DNA from: an uncultured delta proteobacterium
Lineage (GTDB): Bacteria; Desulfobacterota; DSM-4660; Desulfatiglandales; HGW-15
Assembly: GCA_963702565.1 (NCBI GenBank)
Contig: CAVPDE010000001.1
Span: 6,104-70,103 of the forward strand
Length of the DNA stretch: 64,000 bases
Direction of reading: 5' to 3'
Below are positions 52,967 through 62,571 of this stretch, one piece after another. The notes under the pieces were generated by a model. It was not told the DNA's origin and did no database searches. It saw nothing but the letters and a program-made list of their open reading frames with translations. How positions within the stretch are numbered: the first letter of the stretch is position 1; every line of letters starts with the position of its first letter. The translations under genes were made by a program, and so were the position numbers.

Positions 52967-55066
52967 ATGGGCGTCACACTGAGAATCCGGTTCAACGGGC
53001 GCAAGAAAGATCTTAGCCTTTCTTGGGTGCCTGTTGTTTTTGAGCTTAAGCGGGTTGGTTCCAGAAAGCCTCTGCGCTTTGTCGTGAAGAATTTGGGCCG
53101 CGACGTCAAAGATGAAAAAGACCGGAGGATGAGTTACTTCAAAATCTCTAACCTAGCCGCAGGCCGTTACACCCTGAGCATCCTGGAATTCCACACGGGC
53201 CACCCCATCGTTCGAGGAAAGCGCCTAGAGCTGAAGGGAAAGGAGGTGGAGTTCGGGCTGGTGAAGGACTACCGGGCAGCCAAACAACCCAATACCTTCG
53301 GCATGGACCTCGTGGCCGATGCCCCCTACCGGGTCGAAGGCTCCTACCCCTACCTCCCGGTTGTGGTATTCATCCAGGATGTGAAGCCTGGCGAGATCAA
53401 GGTCAGTTCCATCGATTTTTTCGATTATCCCTCAGCCGAGGAATTCGATCCCAAGAAACCATTGCCCCGCGATGTGATCTACCGGGTCCTAGACATGGAT
53501 GGAAATCCGGTGGAAGAGAATGGACGGCCTGCCTTGTTGAAGCTTGACCCGGGCGAGAAATGTGAAACGGTCAGCACCGATCCGTGGTACCGGATCATCC
53601 TCCTCCATAAAGACCGGCTCCCGGTCTACCAGGGGGACTATTGGGGATACAAGAAAGCCCGTTTCCTGCAGTACCTGGTGAACATCCGTTTTCGCAGGTT
53701 CCTATACGACAGCAAGCAGTTTGTGCTGCGCACCCGGGTCCCGGACTGCGATCTTCCGAAGGTTGCGGACTGGTATTACGGGGATACCCACTATCATTCG
53801 GAATACACCCGGAATCCCTTTGAGTACGGAGGGCCCCTTTACATGACCGCCGAGGTAGCAAAAGCTATCGGCCTTTCTTGGGTCACGGTGACCGATCACT
53901 CCTACTGCCTTAGCCATCCAAAGACTCCGGCTGAGATGCAGCTTGGGAACCGGTGGCAGTCCTACCAGCAGGCGGTGAAGAGGACCAATGACTTGTACGA
54001 GGGTGTCCTCTTTGTGGGCGCCGAGGAGGTCACTGTCCGTCATGGCTTCTACGGGCTGCACATGCTCTCTTTCGGCAATCCATTCATAGAAGACCATCAC
54101 CCGGTGGGGTTTGGGTCTCTGAGGATGAAGACGGTGCTCGAAAGGATAAGAAAGAATACCGAAGCTGACCGGGGTTTCATTTATGCCGCCCACCCCTCCT
54201 GTTCTGGTTATGTCTGGGAAGAAGAGAACTACCGTCTGGCTTGTGATTCACGGTATGACAAGATCTTCCTGGGGCTTCAGCTTTTCAACGAGAAGATCCT
54301 CTACACACAAACCACCCAGTCCTCCATGGACCGGTACTTTCTGGATCCCTTTGCCCTGCTCGGCGAAGCCGATCGGCAGGCCCGCTGGTCCAAGGAGCTG
54401 GATGAAGGGGTGCGCAAGCACTGGGTGGATGGGCTCCTGATCCCGTCCCTGCAGGAATGGAAGGAGAAAGGAACCCTGCGGAAGTTCTTCATCCTGGGCG
54501 GCTCCGACGCCCATATGGATTTCAACTACGCTTTCCGACCCCACATGGCCTTCCTCATCTATTACCTTAACGACAATGCCTTCGGCAAGGTGCGCACCGC
54601 GGCTTACCTGCCCGAAAGCAACGGGCGGGCACTGACTGAGGAAAATCTTTACCGGGCTTTTCGGAACGGAAAAGCTTTGGCAACCGATGGGCCCGTGGCT
54701 TTTTTCACGCTCCGTATAATGAACAGCGGGAAAACCTATCGACTGGGAGATACCGTGCCGCTTCAGGCGGGAGAGGCTTTGGAGTTGACCATAGATTGGA
54801 AGAGCACTGCTGAGTTCGGTCCGGTTGAGAAGATCGACCTTTATCTCGGCACAACCAAGGGCGAGAAGGATATTACCGATCAGATACGTTTTCCCCGAAG
54901 CCGAAAGAAAGGGTATGGCCTCGAAGGGTCTATCAAGCAGGCCCTTCCTAAATGGGAAGCGATGCCCTGTTATCTGCGCCTGGAAGCCGCTTCTTGCATT
55001 GACCCGAAAACCGGCGAAGCTCTATTCCGCTGCGTCACTAATCCGATTTGGATCCTTGAGGCATAA
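52967..55066 (+). CDS. Large protein with N-terminal beta-sandwich-like region and PHP (polymerase/histidinol-phosphatase) metal-hydrolase domain
   Basis: PHP-type motifs in order: GDTHYHS, VTVTDHSY, GAEEVTV, LHMLSFG, YAAHP, GGSDAHMD. The SD gaaggagga precedes the ATG. Confidence 0.65.
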   Translation: MGVTLRIRFNGRKKDLSLSWVPVVFELKRVGSRKPLRFVVKNLGRDVKDEKDRRMSYFKISNLAAGRYTLSILEFHTGHPIVRGKRLELKGKEVEFGLVKDYRAAKQPNTFGMDLVADAPYRVEGSYPYLPVVVFIQDVKPGEIKVSSIDFFDYPSAEEFDPKKPLPRDVIYRVLDMDGNPVEENGRPALLKLDPGEKCETVSTDPWYRIILLHKDRLPVYQGDYWGYKKARFLQYLVNIRFRRFLYDSKQFVLRTRVPDCDLPKVADWYYGDTHYHSEYTRNPFEYGGPLYMTAEVAKAIGLSWVTVTDHSYCLSHPKTPAEMQLGNRWQSYQQAVKRTNDLYEGVLFVGAEEVTVRHGFYGLHMLSFGNPFIEDHHPVGFGSLRMKTVLERIRKNTEADRGFIYAAHPSCSGYVWEEENYRLACDSRYDKIFLGLQLFNEKILYTQTTQSSMDRYFLDPFALLGEADRQARWSKELDEGVRKHWVDGLLIPSLQEWKEKGTLRKFFILGGSDAHMDFNYAFRPHMAFLIYYLNDNAFGKVRTAAYLPESNGRALTEENLYRAFRNGKALATDGPVAFFTLRIMNSGKTYRLGDTVPLQAGEALELTIDWKSTAEFGPVEKIDLYLGTTKGEKDITDQIRFPRSRKKGYGLEGSIKQALPKWEAMPCYLRLEAASCIDPKTGEALFRCVTNPIWILEA

Positions 55067-55363
55067 AAGGGGCCAGAAATGGGATGCGGGTTGAAAGGAA
55101 TGGGTGCCCGCACCATATCCATTGACCAGGCCGCTTGCAGCCTCTAAACCTCTATGATAGAAATGAGAAAAACGCTGTCGGTTGCGTTTCCGGTGACCGA
55201 GCGAAACGAATCGGCATTAGCACCATCCTCATCCCCCCGTTTTCGGTTTTTTGGGGCCTGAACGTTTATGCTCTTCCCGAGAATTCATCAGATTTTTGTT
55301 CGGGCGGCCCAGCGTTTTGGTGATTTTCGGGTCTTTCTATTCCATCAAATCGGGAGGTTGATT

Positions 55364-55690
55364 ATGGCAGACTATTTGAAAGCAAGTGAAGCTTTGGTGG
55401 CCATGCCCTTGCCTGAAATGATCAAGGGTTTGGGTTTTGCGGTCGCCGCCGCAAACAGGGAACTCTCAGCCCAAGATGCAGGAAACGGTCATGTTCTTAC
55501 GGTCCACTCCGCGGTCATCGAGATCAACGTCGCCATCTCGGTCAATACTGCGGAAGAGTTCAAGGTGGGAGGGTCCCTGGGGATTAATGTTTTCAGCCTC
55601 AACGCCTCTTACGCCAAATCATTCAACTTCAAAGAGGAAGCCTCAAGCAAGATCCGTCTGGAGCTGAGCGTCAAACCCAAATCGCCCTAA
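55364..55690 (+). CDS. Small protein, paralogue 1 of a three-member tandem family (trypco2-like pattern, unverified)
   Basis: The ATG at 55364 follows gggagg. It shares three blocks with the next two ORFs: PLPEMIKGLGFAVAAANRELS, AVIEINVAISV and SSKIRLELSVKP. Confidence 0.6.
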   Translation: MADYLKASEALVAMPLPEMIKGLGFAVAAANRELSAQDAGNGHVLTVHSAVIEINVAISVNTAEEFKVGGSLGINVFSLNASYAKSFNFKEEASSKIRLELSVKPKSP

Positions 55691-55714
55691 GGCGAAATAG
55701 AAGAGGATTCTGCC

Positions 55715-56515
55715 ATGGTTGAGAAAAAGACGGCCAGTGGGACTGAGGCAACGGTTCGCCTCAGCCGGTTCCGTGGAGCGAAAGGGCTTGTCACACCGAG
55801 GGTGCTCAGGGAGACGGAACAGCCGGTCACCCTTGAAGAGATGCTGACCGCTTTCCAGAAAAGCCTGGGCCGCGCAAACCGGAGCAGCTATGAGGCAAGC
55901 CGCAGCGAAGCAGAGTTTCTTCTCGGCATTCGCGCGCTCTACGTTATTGAAGGTTTGAACGTCACGCTCAGGGTCGGTGTCAGAGCAGCATCCTTTGAAG
56001 GCTCAAAGGATAAAAGGGTTATTGTCGACTTCGATGCACCGGAGAAGGAGCGGTCCGAGGTCCAGTTCCGGGTCCAGTCCAAGCCGCTCGAAGCGGCCAA
56101 GGCGAACGAACTCCTGCTCGCGGACGCAGATCCTCTTGGGAACAATCGCCCGCGATTTCAACTCATCGCCACATTGATCGGAGCCCCCTCCGAAAAACCC
56201 CCTCTTCCACCGCGACCGCTCAGGGACCAGACCCTGCATTTTAAGATTGTGGGTGGGGACAGCGGAACAATGGATGTGGTTACTCTGCGCACCAACAAGC
56301 TCGGGCAGGTCAACCTTACGATCGATGCAGCCCACAACACGCTTGAGAGCAGCGGTTGTAGAGGAACTCTCAATAAGGTAGACCTGATTCAGGAGAACGA
56401 CGACTTCTTCGTTTTCGTGACGGGCGAGGACGCTTCCCTTTCTTCCCCTGTTCTGCACTTCAGTATTGACCGGAGCAAAGAGGTGAAACCCTCTGGAAAA
56501 ATGAAAAGGAGATGA
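55715..56515 (+). CDS. Paralogue 2 of the small-protein family with an extra ~140-aa beta-rich C-terminal domain
   Basis: Blocks VTLEEMLTAFQKSLGRANRSS, LYVIEGLNVTLRVGV and RSEVQFRVQSKP, then LHFKIVGGDSGTMDVVTLRTNKLGQVNLTI. Confidence 0.6.
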   Translation: MVEKKTASGTEATVRLSRFRGAKGLVTPRVLRETEQPVTLEEMLTAFQKSLGRANRSSYEASRSEAEFLLGIRALYVIEGLNVTLRVGVRAASFEGSKDKRVIVDFDAPEKERSEVQFRVQSKPLEAAKANELLLADADPLGNNRPRFQLIATLIGAPSEKPPLPPRPLRDQTLHFKIVGGDSGTMDVVTLRTNKLGQVNLTIDAAHNTLESSGCRGTLNKVDLIQENDDFFVFVTGEDASLSSPVLHFSIDRSKEVKPSGKMKRR

Positions 56516-56521
56516 GGCGCA

Positions 56522-56857
56522 ATGTCCAACGGTGATCTCTTAGATGTCCGAGTTCCCATGCCCAGCGAGAGCGGGGCAAAGGTTGAGACGGAATTGTCCC
56601 TTACAGACCTCCTCCAGGAAATGACAAGGGCCTGCACACAGTCCGCCAAGCAGTTGAACGACCAGATGCAGCCCCCCCAATGGCCCGAGGAGGTCCCCTA
56701 CGTCTACACGATACCCCAAATAAGTCTGGAACTTCGTCTTCAGCTCAGCCAAAAGGAAGGAAAGATCAAGAGCCTGTTCGGATCGACCACTGAGACCAGG
56801 TCGTTAAGCACCATCAAATTGGACTTGGTGGCGGTCCCGCGCAACATCCCAAAATAG
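56522..56857 (+). CDS. Small protein, paralogue 3 of the tandem family
   Basis: Blocks LSLTDLLQEMTRACTQSAKQLN, VYTIPQISLELRLQL and LSTIKLDLVAVP. Confidence 0.6.
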   Translation: MSNGDLLDVRVPMPSESGAKVETELSLTDLLQEMTRACTQSAKQLNDQMQPPQWPEEVPYVYTIPQISLELRLQLSQKEGKIKSLFGSTTETRSLSTIKLDLVAVPRNIPK

Positions 56858-57066
56858 ATTTTTCACTCAGCTGTGCATAACCGGTTAACTGAACTCAGCC
56901 GTTCTGAAATAGGCCATGCATGAGCGGACATCCTGCACTCTGGAACCGGACAAATCCTCAAACATCTCTGCGCCTTATTTTATCTGGTCGGCACGATCCT
57001 GTCTTGACAAAAGAGACCGGTTCTTTACGAACGATTTAACTGCAGATCGAAGAAGTGAGGAGTCAG

Positions 57067-57378
57067 ATGATAATCGACATGCACTTGCATGTGGTCGGAA
57101 GGGGAAAGGATATCGATCAAGTGGACGACCAGGTGTTCTTTTATCCGGAAGACAACAATACGCTTCTCACGAGAGTTCTCTACAGGCTCGTGGAGAAGTA
57201 TCTTGGAAAGGCCGGCGCGGACTTCGACCAGAGCGGCACGATCGACACCGATGAGTACTCTCCACTGCAAAGTGCTTTCGATTCCCACCTGTCTCCTTCA
57301 TCTGCGGCAACAATCATGCCAAAAAACTGTCACAAACCCGCACCGGTTTTCGGGTGGGAGGCAAATGAATTCCCTTGA
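57067..57378 (+). pseudogene. Probable 5' fragment of an amidohydrolase-type metal hydrolase
   Basis: MIIDMHLHVVGRG is a typical amidohydrolase N-terminus with the SD gtgaggag, but the ORF ends after 103 aa with a low-complexity tail. Confidence 0.35.
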
Positions 57379-57652
57379 CTTAAAGGGCTCTTTTTGTAAT
57401 GTATTCCTGAAACCCACCGGAGTAACGCATCATCGTGTCCAACATACATGAGGAGGTTGCTCCCATGAAAGATGAAAAGGTCCTCAAAATGTGCCAGTGC
57501 CACTCCTGATGGAACGATGCCGTTCTATTGGGAGTCACAGTAATCTGCCGGGCTAACAAAGTCTACCGATCAGGAAGCATTGCCTCATCTGCAGAGGGAG
57601 ATTTCCTCCTTGTTCTCTCTGGGTGCGGGTATTTTCACAACAGAGGTGGGAG

Positions 57653-59038
57653 ATGCGATTGAAGCTTCTTGCCATATCCGACACCCATCTTGGCGAGGAA
57701 ACCTCTGTGCTCACTTTTCCTCAGGGACGGTGGCATCTTTGGCAACAGCTTCGACGCTTCTTTGGAGGAGGGGAAGGCCCTGAAGAAAGATTCCAGGTGA
57801 ACGAGTTGATTCTACTTGGGGACATTCCGGACCGGACCCTCTCCTCCACTTCCCAGATCATTACCCACACAAATGCCTTTACCTGCATGCTTGGAAGTGT
57901 TGCCGAAATAAGAAAAGGCGTGTACGTCCCAGGGAATCACGACCACACGCTCTGGACCAATTACAGACGTGTTCGATACGGTGAAAACCACCTTTACGGT
58001 ATCACCGCTCGAGAAGGTGAAGAGATCATCAAGAATGGGAATCCCTGCGCGCCCAACCTGCTGAATACTGAAATCATGTCAACCTTCTTCGGATATCCGT
58101 GTGGGTCACCGTGGAGGGAGTGGGTAAAACCAGGGAACCGGCCGCCCGCATTCGATTTCTCAGTCGCGAATCCTCTTTATGTTACGCATACAAATAGTAG
58201 AATTTATGCTTTCACCCATGGAGCGCATTTCGCGCCGGCAGTCACGTGTCCCAAGTGGGCAAAAAGACTGGGTGACTACCTGCAACTGGATCTTCTGTTT
58301 GGCGGCATCGAGATCGAATCAGATTGTGATGTGAACCAAGCCCGTGACCTGAGGAGCCTTGAGCTGATCACCGCCCCTTTCATGGACTCCCTCTGGCCAA
58401 GCTCAAAGAATTGCCCCACGTCAACGTCGGACGAACTTTGGTATGTTTTGTGCAGATTGAGCCATAGATTTCGAAACAGACGACCTCACCCCCAGGACAC
58501 ACAGCGCTTCAGTTGGGAGATGTTGCAAGGCGTCAGCGACAAAAGGATAAAGCGACTGACACCTGCCAACGCCCAGGTCCACCCTTCCATTCAAAGATGG
58601 CAAAGACACTTTCGCGACCATATGCTCCGCTGCCTGGAAGATTACAGGGATGACAATAACATAGACCACAAGAATCTCACTTTTGTCTACGGGGATACAC
58701 ACGCGGGCGGGTGGGGAGAGATCCGCAACTGTTCTGGCTGGGATATCCGCCTTTACAATTGCGGAGGTTGGGTTGTCGATAAATTCAAGGATCATCCGGC
58801 CTGTCACCTCTTTGCCGTGGATACCGACGGTGAAGAATACTTGCTCGACGTCTCGTTTAAAGACAGATGCGTTGACGAAGAATTCTTGCTAGCTTTGGCG
58901 TCCGCGGACGTGGAAAATCGTGGACACGAGATGCAATTCTTCTTGGCGCCTCTCTTCAACCTCTCGAAGCTCTTGAGGAGAAGAGCAAGGTCCCGGATGA
59001 AGTGCCACAATCCGGTTTGTCATCCCAATCGAAGTTAG
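57653..59038 (+). CDS. Calcineurin-like metallophosphoesterase with long C-terminal extension
   Basis: Motifs LLAISDTHLG, LLGDIPDR and VPGNHDH. The ATG at 57653 follows gaggtggga. Confidence 0.7.
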   Translation: MRLKLLAISDTHLGEETSVLTFPQGRWHLWQQLRRFFGGGEGPEERFQVNELILLGDIPDRTLSSTSQIITHTNAFTCMLGSVAEIRKGVYVPGNHDHTLWTNYRRVRYGENHLYGITAREGEEIIKNGNPCAPNLLNTEIMSTFFGYPCGSPWREWVKPGNRPPAFDFSVANPLYVTHTNSRIYAFTHGAHFAPAVTCPKWAKRLGDYLQLDLLFGGIEIESDCDVNQARDLRSLELITAPFMDSLWPSSKNCPTSTSDELWYVLCRLSHRFRNRRPHPQDTQRFSWEMLQGVSDKRIKRLTPANAQVHPSIQRWQRHFRDHMLRCLEDYRDDNNIDHKNLTFVYGDTHAGGWGEIRNCSGWDIRLYNCGGWVVDKFKDHPACHLFAVDTDGEEYLLDVSFKDRCVDEEFLLALASADVENRGHEMQFFLAPLFNLSKLLRRRARSRMKCHNPVCHPNRS

Positions 59039-59088
59039 CCTTCGGGGGACCAATGGTCATGTAACCTCGTCAGTGAGTGGGGTATGCC

Positions 59089-62000
59089 ATGATGCTCTGC
59101 TTCAGCCACAACACCTTCATCCACAGAAACAAGGAAGGTCTACTCAATTTCATCATCCTGAGTCTGGTTCTGGCCCCGACCATTATCATTCTTTCACTGA
59201 GCCCCTGTACAGAGAGCCTCCGTTACTTCACCCTTCCTATTCTTATGGGGTTCATAACGGCGGTCTGGATCGGATGGCACGCGCACACCCGACGTGTGAT
59301 CGGTCTGGTACTCTGCGGTGCGCTCGTCGGGTTGGCGACCGAGTACACCGCATCATTTGCTAAGCTTTGGACCTACAAGGGGTACTTGAATCACAATTAT
59401 GCCTACGTTGGTGCCTTCATCCACTCCCTCATGGCCGTAGTCATTTTCGGTTTGGCCTATTTCCTCGACCGGATGATTTCTTTCTGCCGATTTTCGCGTA
59501 TCACCGGTTGGCCCAATGCCTTCTTGCTGTTAACCTTGTTCCTCACCCTGTTTGCTTTCACCGAAGGCGCTTACGTAAATAACATGGCAGAAAACAATTG
59601 GGCCCCTCTGTACTATTACTCCATCCTTTTTGCTTTGGCAGTCACATTGGCCTTTTGCTTGCGGGTGGGTAGGCTCATCTCCATCATCCTTGCCGCCATG
59701 CTGGTCGGTCTCATCGGCGAATATGCCGGAGGGACTAAGGCCCACATCTGGTGGTGGCTCGGGGAGTCCACCGCCGCCGAATCCTTTCCTCCCCTCTTTC
59801 TGATTCTGGCTCTCTGGCCTATGGAAGGTATTATAGAGTATAGCCTTTCCGCCTTATATGCGGACTGGATCGTCAGTCGAACCAAGGTCAAAAGAAGGCT
59901 TAAAATCGAGCGGGGAGAAGCGCCTGAACCAGGAACCAATGGGCCCTTGATCGACCTAAAAACTGCTCTAGAACCGGATGATATTCTCTTCTGGGGCCAT
60001 GCGCTGCCGGGCGAGGGCCGGCTGGAGCATATGCTTCGAATAGGGAAGCGCTCCCTCCTTAAGACCCTGCGAAACACTCCCGAAAAGGGTGAACTGCTCG
60101 TACTTTTCTTCGGCCTCCTGACGGGTCTCCTGATCGTGTTCGAACAAAAGTTACCTGGCGCTTCTCAACCCGACCTTCTCTCTATGAGTTGGGCGACCGC
60201 AGCCGTCCTGTCTGCTGCGTTCCTGCTTGCGCTGATGGTCGCACCCAAGCCTTACTGGAATCGCACTCTGTGGTTCGGCCTCTTCTCCCTTGTGTTCGGC
60301 TACGGAATGCAAGCCGCCCTTCAGCTGGCCTTCAATGATTTCGAGAAGGACTCTCCTTGTTTTGGAAACCCTTTCTGGGGACCCTTGTGGGTAACCGTCT
60401 TCTTCGTTGTTTACGGTGCGGCTTACCTCGTGACACGAGCCGTAGCCTCGTTGTCTGGGAGTGAAAAGGATAGGAAGGATAAGGAAGAACCCAGCGTCCA
60501 GGTCGCCGTCACAGTCACAGTACTTGCTCTTATCTTCTTGGCTCTATTTGTGATCCGCCCTGACTTTCTTATGCCTCTTGAGAGTTCAACTAAGCAAATC
60601 CTAATTCGCAACCCTTTTCTCCTCTATATTCTCTTATCGGTATTAGCCGTCTTCTGCTTTTGGTGGTTCTTTTTTCGAATCAGGCTGCTTCGTTCCCTGT
60701 GCCAGTTCTTCAGTGCTATAGCGATCATAGCGGGATTGCTCCTTCTGATCCAAGAGTGGTGCCAAATTTCGGCCTGGAAACATCTTCCGGAAGGTATTCC
60801 GCCCTGGCTTGTCGGGGCCGCAGCCCTCTCTCTAGCGTACCTTTTCTCTTACACGGCGAGTGCCCACGTTTCAGGAGAACCCCTGGCGAAGGCATTTCGT
60901 GTTACCTACAGTCGTAGACCGCTCGTCAAGAATAAGAAGCCCCTGAAGGTGGTTTTTCACCCGAGGCCCCACCCAGAAGGGCGACGTCGCATGATGATAG
61001 ACACCACACTCTACACCTACCCGCCCAAGGAAAGCGGTGTAAATGTAACCTACGCGAAGGATCCGAAAAACCACGGTCAAGAGCTTTCTTTGGAGCAGTC
61101 AATCGAGAAGGCTTTACAAGGGCTGGTCGGTTGCTGGCATAATCCGGAAACGCGTGAAGTCACAGACTCTCTTAAAGATGCGGTCAAGAAAAGAAAAGTA
61201 TTCATCAAGCCGAACGTGGTCGTACCGTTTGGTAGCCCTTATACAACCGATCCCATGCTGGTGGCAGCGGTTGTCAAGTTTTGCCTAAGCGCCGGCGCAT
61301 CCAGCGTCTCCATAGGGGAAATAGCGATAAGCAACATCACCTCAAGGTTGGCATTGGAATCTACCGGCCTAAGGGACCTTTGGGAAAGCATTAACCCAAA
61401 GAAAGAGAAAAAGAAGGTGGAAGTTCTCTTCCTGGACGAGCTTCCGTTTCGCAAGGTGGACTTGGAAGGGACCGGTGTGCTCATGAGGGATTTCCACATG
61501 CCTGAAGCCCTTCTTGAACCAGACACATTCTACATCAACATCCCCAAGATGAAGACCCATGTGCAGTCTTCGGTCACCCTCGGCATCAAGAACTCCCATG
61601 GGCTAGTCCCTGAGATCGATCGGGGTCTCTACCATCAGAGGATTTCACAAAAAGTCGTGGACATCACCAAGGTGTGGGTGCCGGACCTCACAATTGTCGA
61701 CGGCTATGACGCATTAGAAGGCATCGGACCCTGGCCTGGAGATCTCGTCCCTCTTCGTGTCCTTGTCCTTTCGGATGACGTCGTCCTGGCCGACCTCGTT
61801 TCCTCTCAGTTGATGGGAAAGGAATCGATCCCCGCGGATTTCACGCAACCGATAGACTTTGCCCGGAAAACGGTTAAGTCCACCTGGCTCGCTTATGTAC
61901 AACGCCTGGGGCTTCTCCATCCTGATGCAACAACGAGAACGATTGGAGATGATCGCCATCCCATTCAACCAAGAGCCTGGGACGATAGTATACGCAAGCA

Positions 62001-62571
62001 CAAAAAACACTTTGCCCCCCCGGCCTACGAGGACGAAGGGCTAATCCGAAACATCGGGGCCCGATTCGGTAAGGTGCCTGATCTCACCATGCAGGTCAAG
62101 GAACCTTTTCCTCATAAATGCGCCTGGGAGGATTGGGACCCGGCCACTGAGTTCCTTCTCCCCCTAGATGCTCATGACCCGACGAGCAACTGGGGTCCGA
62201 TCCAATTGATATCCGATGAATGGCGTTTTCCGGACCTGGGCTCCTCAGTCATGTTTTCCGGCGTGTTCGGCCTCATGAAAACGATCATGGAGTCCCACTT
62301 CCAGCGATCTCTGGATATTTTCGAGGGCTATGTCATCGTCTATGGCCCCTTGAGAAAACCCCTTGTTTGCGAAGGAGCAATTCTTTTCGGCGATCGCGCC
62401 ATTGAGACAGAGCAACTGGTTTTTGCTCCTAGGGTCTATCAGTTGCCGGGGCACGGGAGGCCCCCGAATTACTATTCAGACGTTTTCGAACGTCTCTCCC
62501 ACGATGTGGGCGGCGATCTGATGGCTTTTTGCACCGAGGCGATCACCCTATCAAGAGGATGGTACTGGTGA
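59089..62571 (+). CDS. Polytopic membrane domain (~560 aa, many hydrophobic helices) fused to a DUF362 domain
   Basis: The C-terminal half has the DUF362 pattern (VFIKPNVV, PKMKTHVQSSVTLGIKNSHG, IVDGYDALEGIGPWPG). The start could be GTG 59077 or ATG 59089. Confidence 0.7.
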   Translation: MMLCFSHNTFIHRNKEGLLNFIILSLVLAPTIIILSLSPCTESLRYFTLPILMGFITAVWIGWHAHTRRVIGLVLCGALVGLATEYTASFAKLWTYKGYLNHNYAYVGAFIHSLMAVVIFGLAYFLDRMISFCRFSRITGWPNAFLLLTLFLTLFAFTEGAYVNNMAENNWAPLYYYSILFALAVTLAFCLRVGRLISIILAAMLVGLIGEYAGGTKAHIWWWLGESTAAESFPPLFLILALWPMEGIIEYSLSALYADWIVSRTKVKRRLKIERGEAPEPGTNGPLIDLKTALEPDDILFWGHALPGEGRLEHMLRIGKRSLLKTLRNTPEKGELLVLFFGLLTGLLIVFEQKLPGASQPDLLSMSWATAAVLSAAFLLALMVAPKPYWNRTLWFGLFSLVFGYGMQAALQLAFNDFEKDSPCFGNPFWGPLWVTVFFVVYGAAYLVTRAVASLSGSEKDRKDKEEPSVQVAVTVTVLALIFLALFVIRPDFLMPLESSTKQILIRNPFLLYILLSVLAVFCFWWFFFRIRLLRSLCQFFSAIAIIAGLLLLIQEWCQISAWKHLPEGIPPWLVGAAALSLAYLFSYTASAHVSGEPLAKAFRVTYSRRPLVKNKKPLKVVFHPRPHPEGRRRMMIDTTLYTYPPKESGVNVTYAKDPKNHGQELSLEQSIEKALQGLVGCWHNPETREVTDSLKDAVKKRKVFIKPNVVVPFGSPYTTDPMLVAAVVKFCLSAGASSVSIGEIAISNITSRLALESTGLRDLWESINPKKEKKKVEVLFLDELPFRKVDLEGTGVLMRDFHMPEALLEPDTFYINIPKMKTHVQSSVTLGIKNSHGLVPEIDRGLYHQRISQKVVDITKVWVPDLTIVDGYDALEGIGPWPGDLVPLRVLVLSDDVVLADLVSSQLMGKESIPADFTQPIDFARKTVKSTWLAYVQRLGLLHPDATTRTIGDDRHPIQPRAWDDSIRKHKKHFAPPAYEDEGLIRNIGARFGKVPDLTMQVKEPFPHKCAWEDWDPATEFLLPLDAHDPTSNWGPIQLISDEWRFPDLGSSVMFSGVFGLMKTIMESHFQRSLDIFEGYVIVYGPLRKPLVCEGAILFGDRAIETEQLVFAPRVYQLPGHGRPPNYYSDVFERLSHDVGGDLMAFCTEAITLSRGWYW

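Noticed and set aside
55715-56515. Bacterial gasdermin next to the caspase-like protease.
   Set aside because: The size (266 aa) and context are suggestive. However, I see no N-terminal Cys or recognisable gasdermin features, and its first half is clearly paralogous to the two flanking ~110-aa proteins. This cannot be supported without profile or structure searches.
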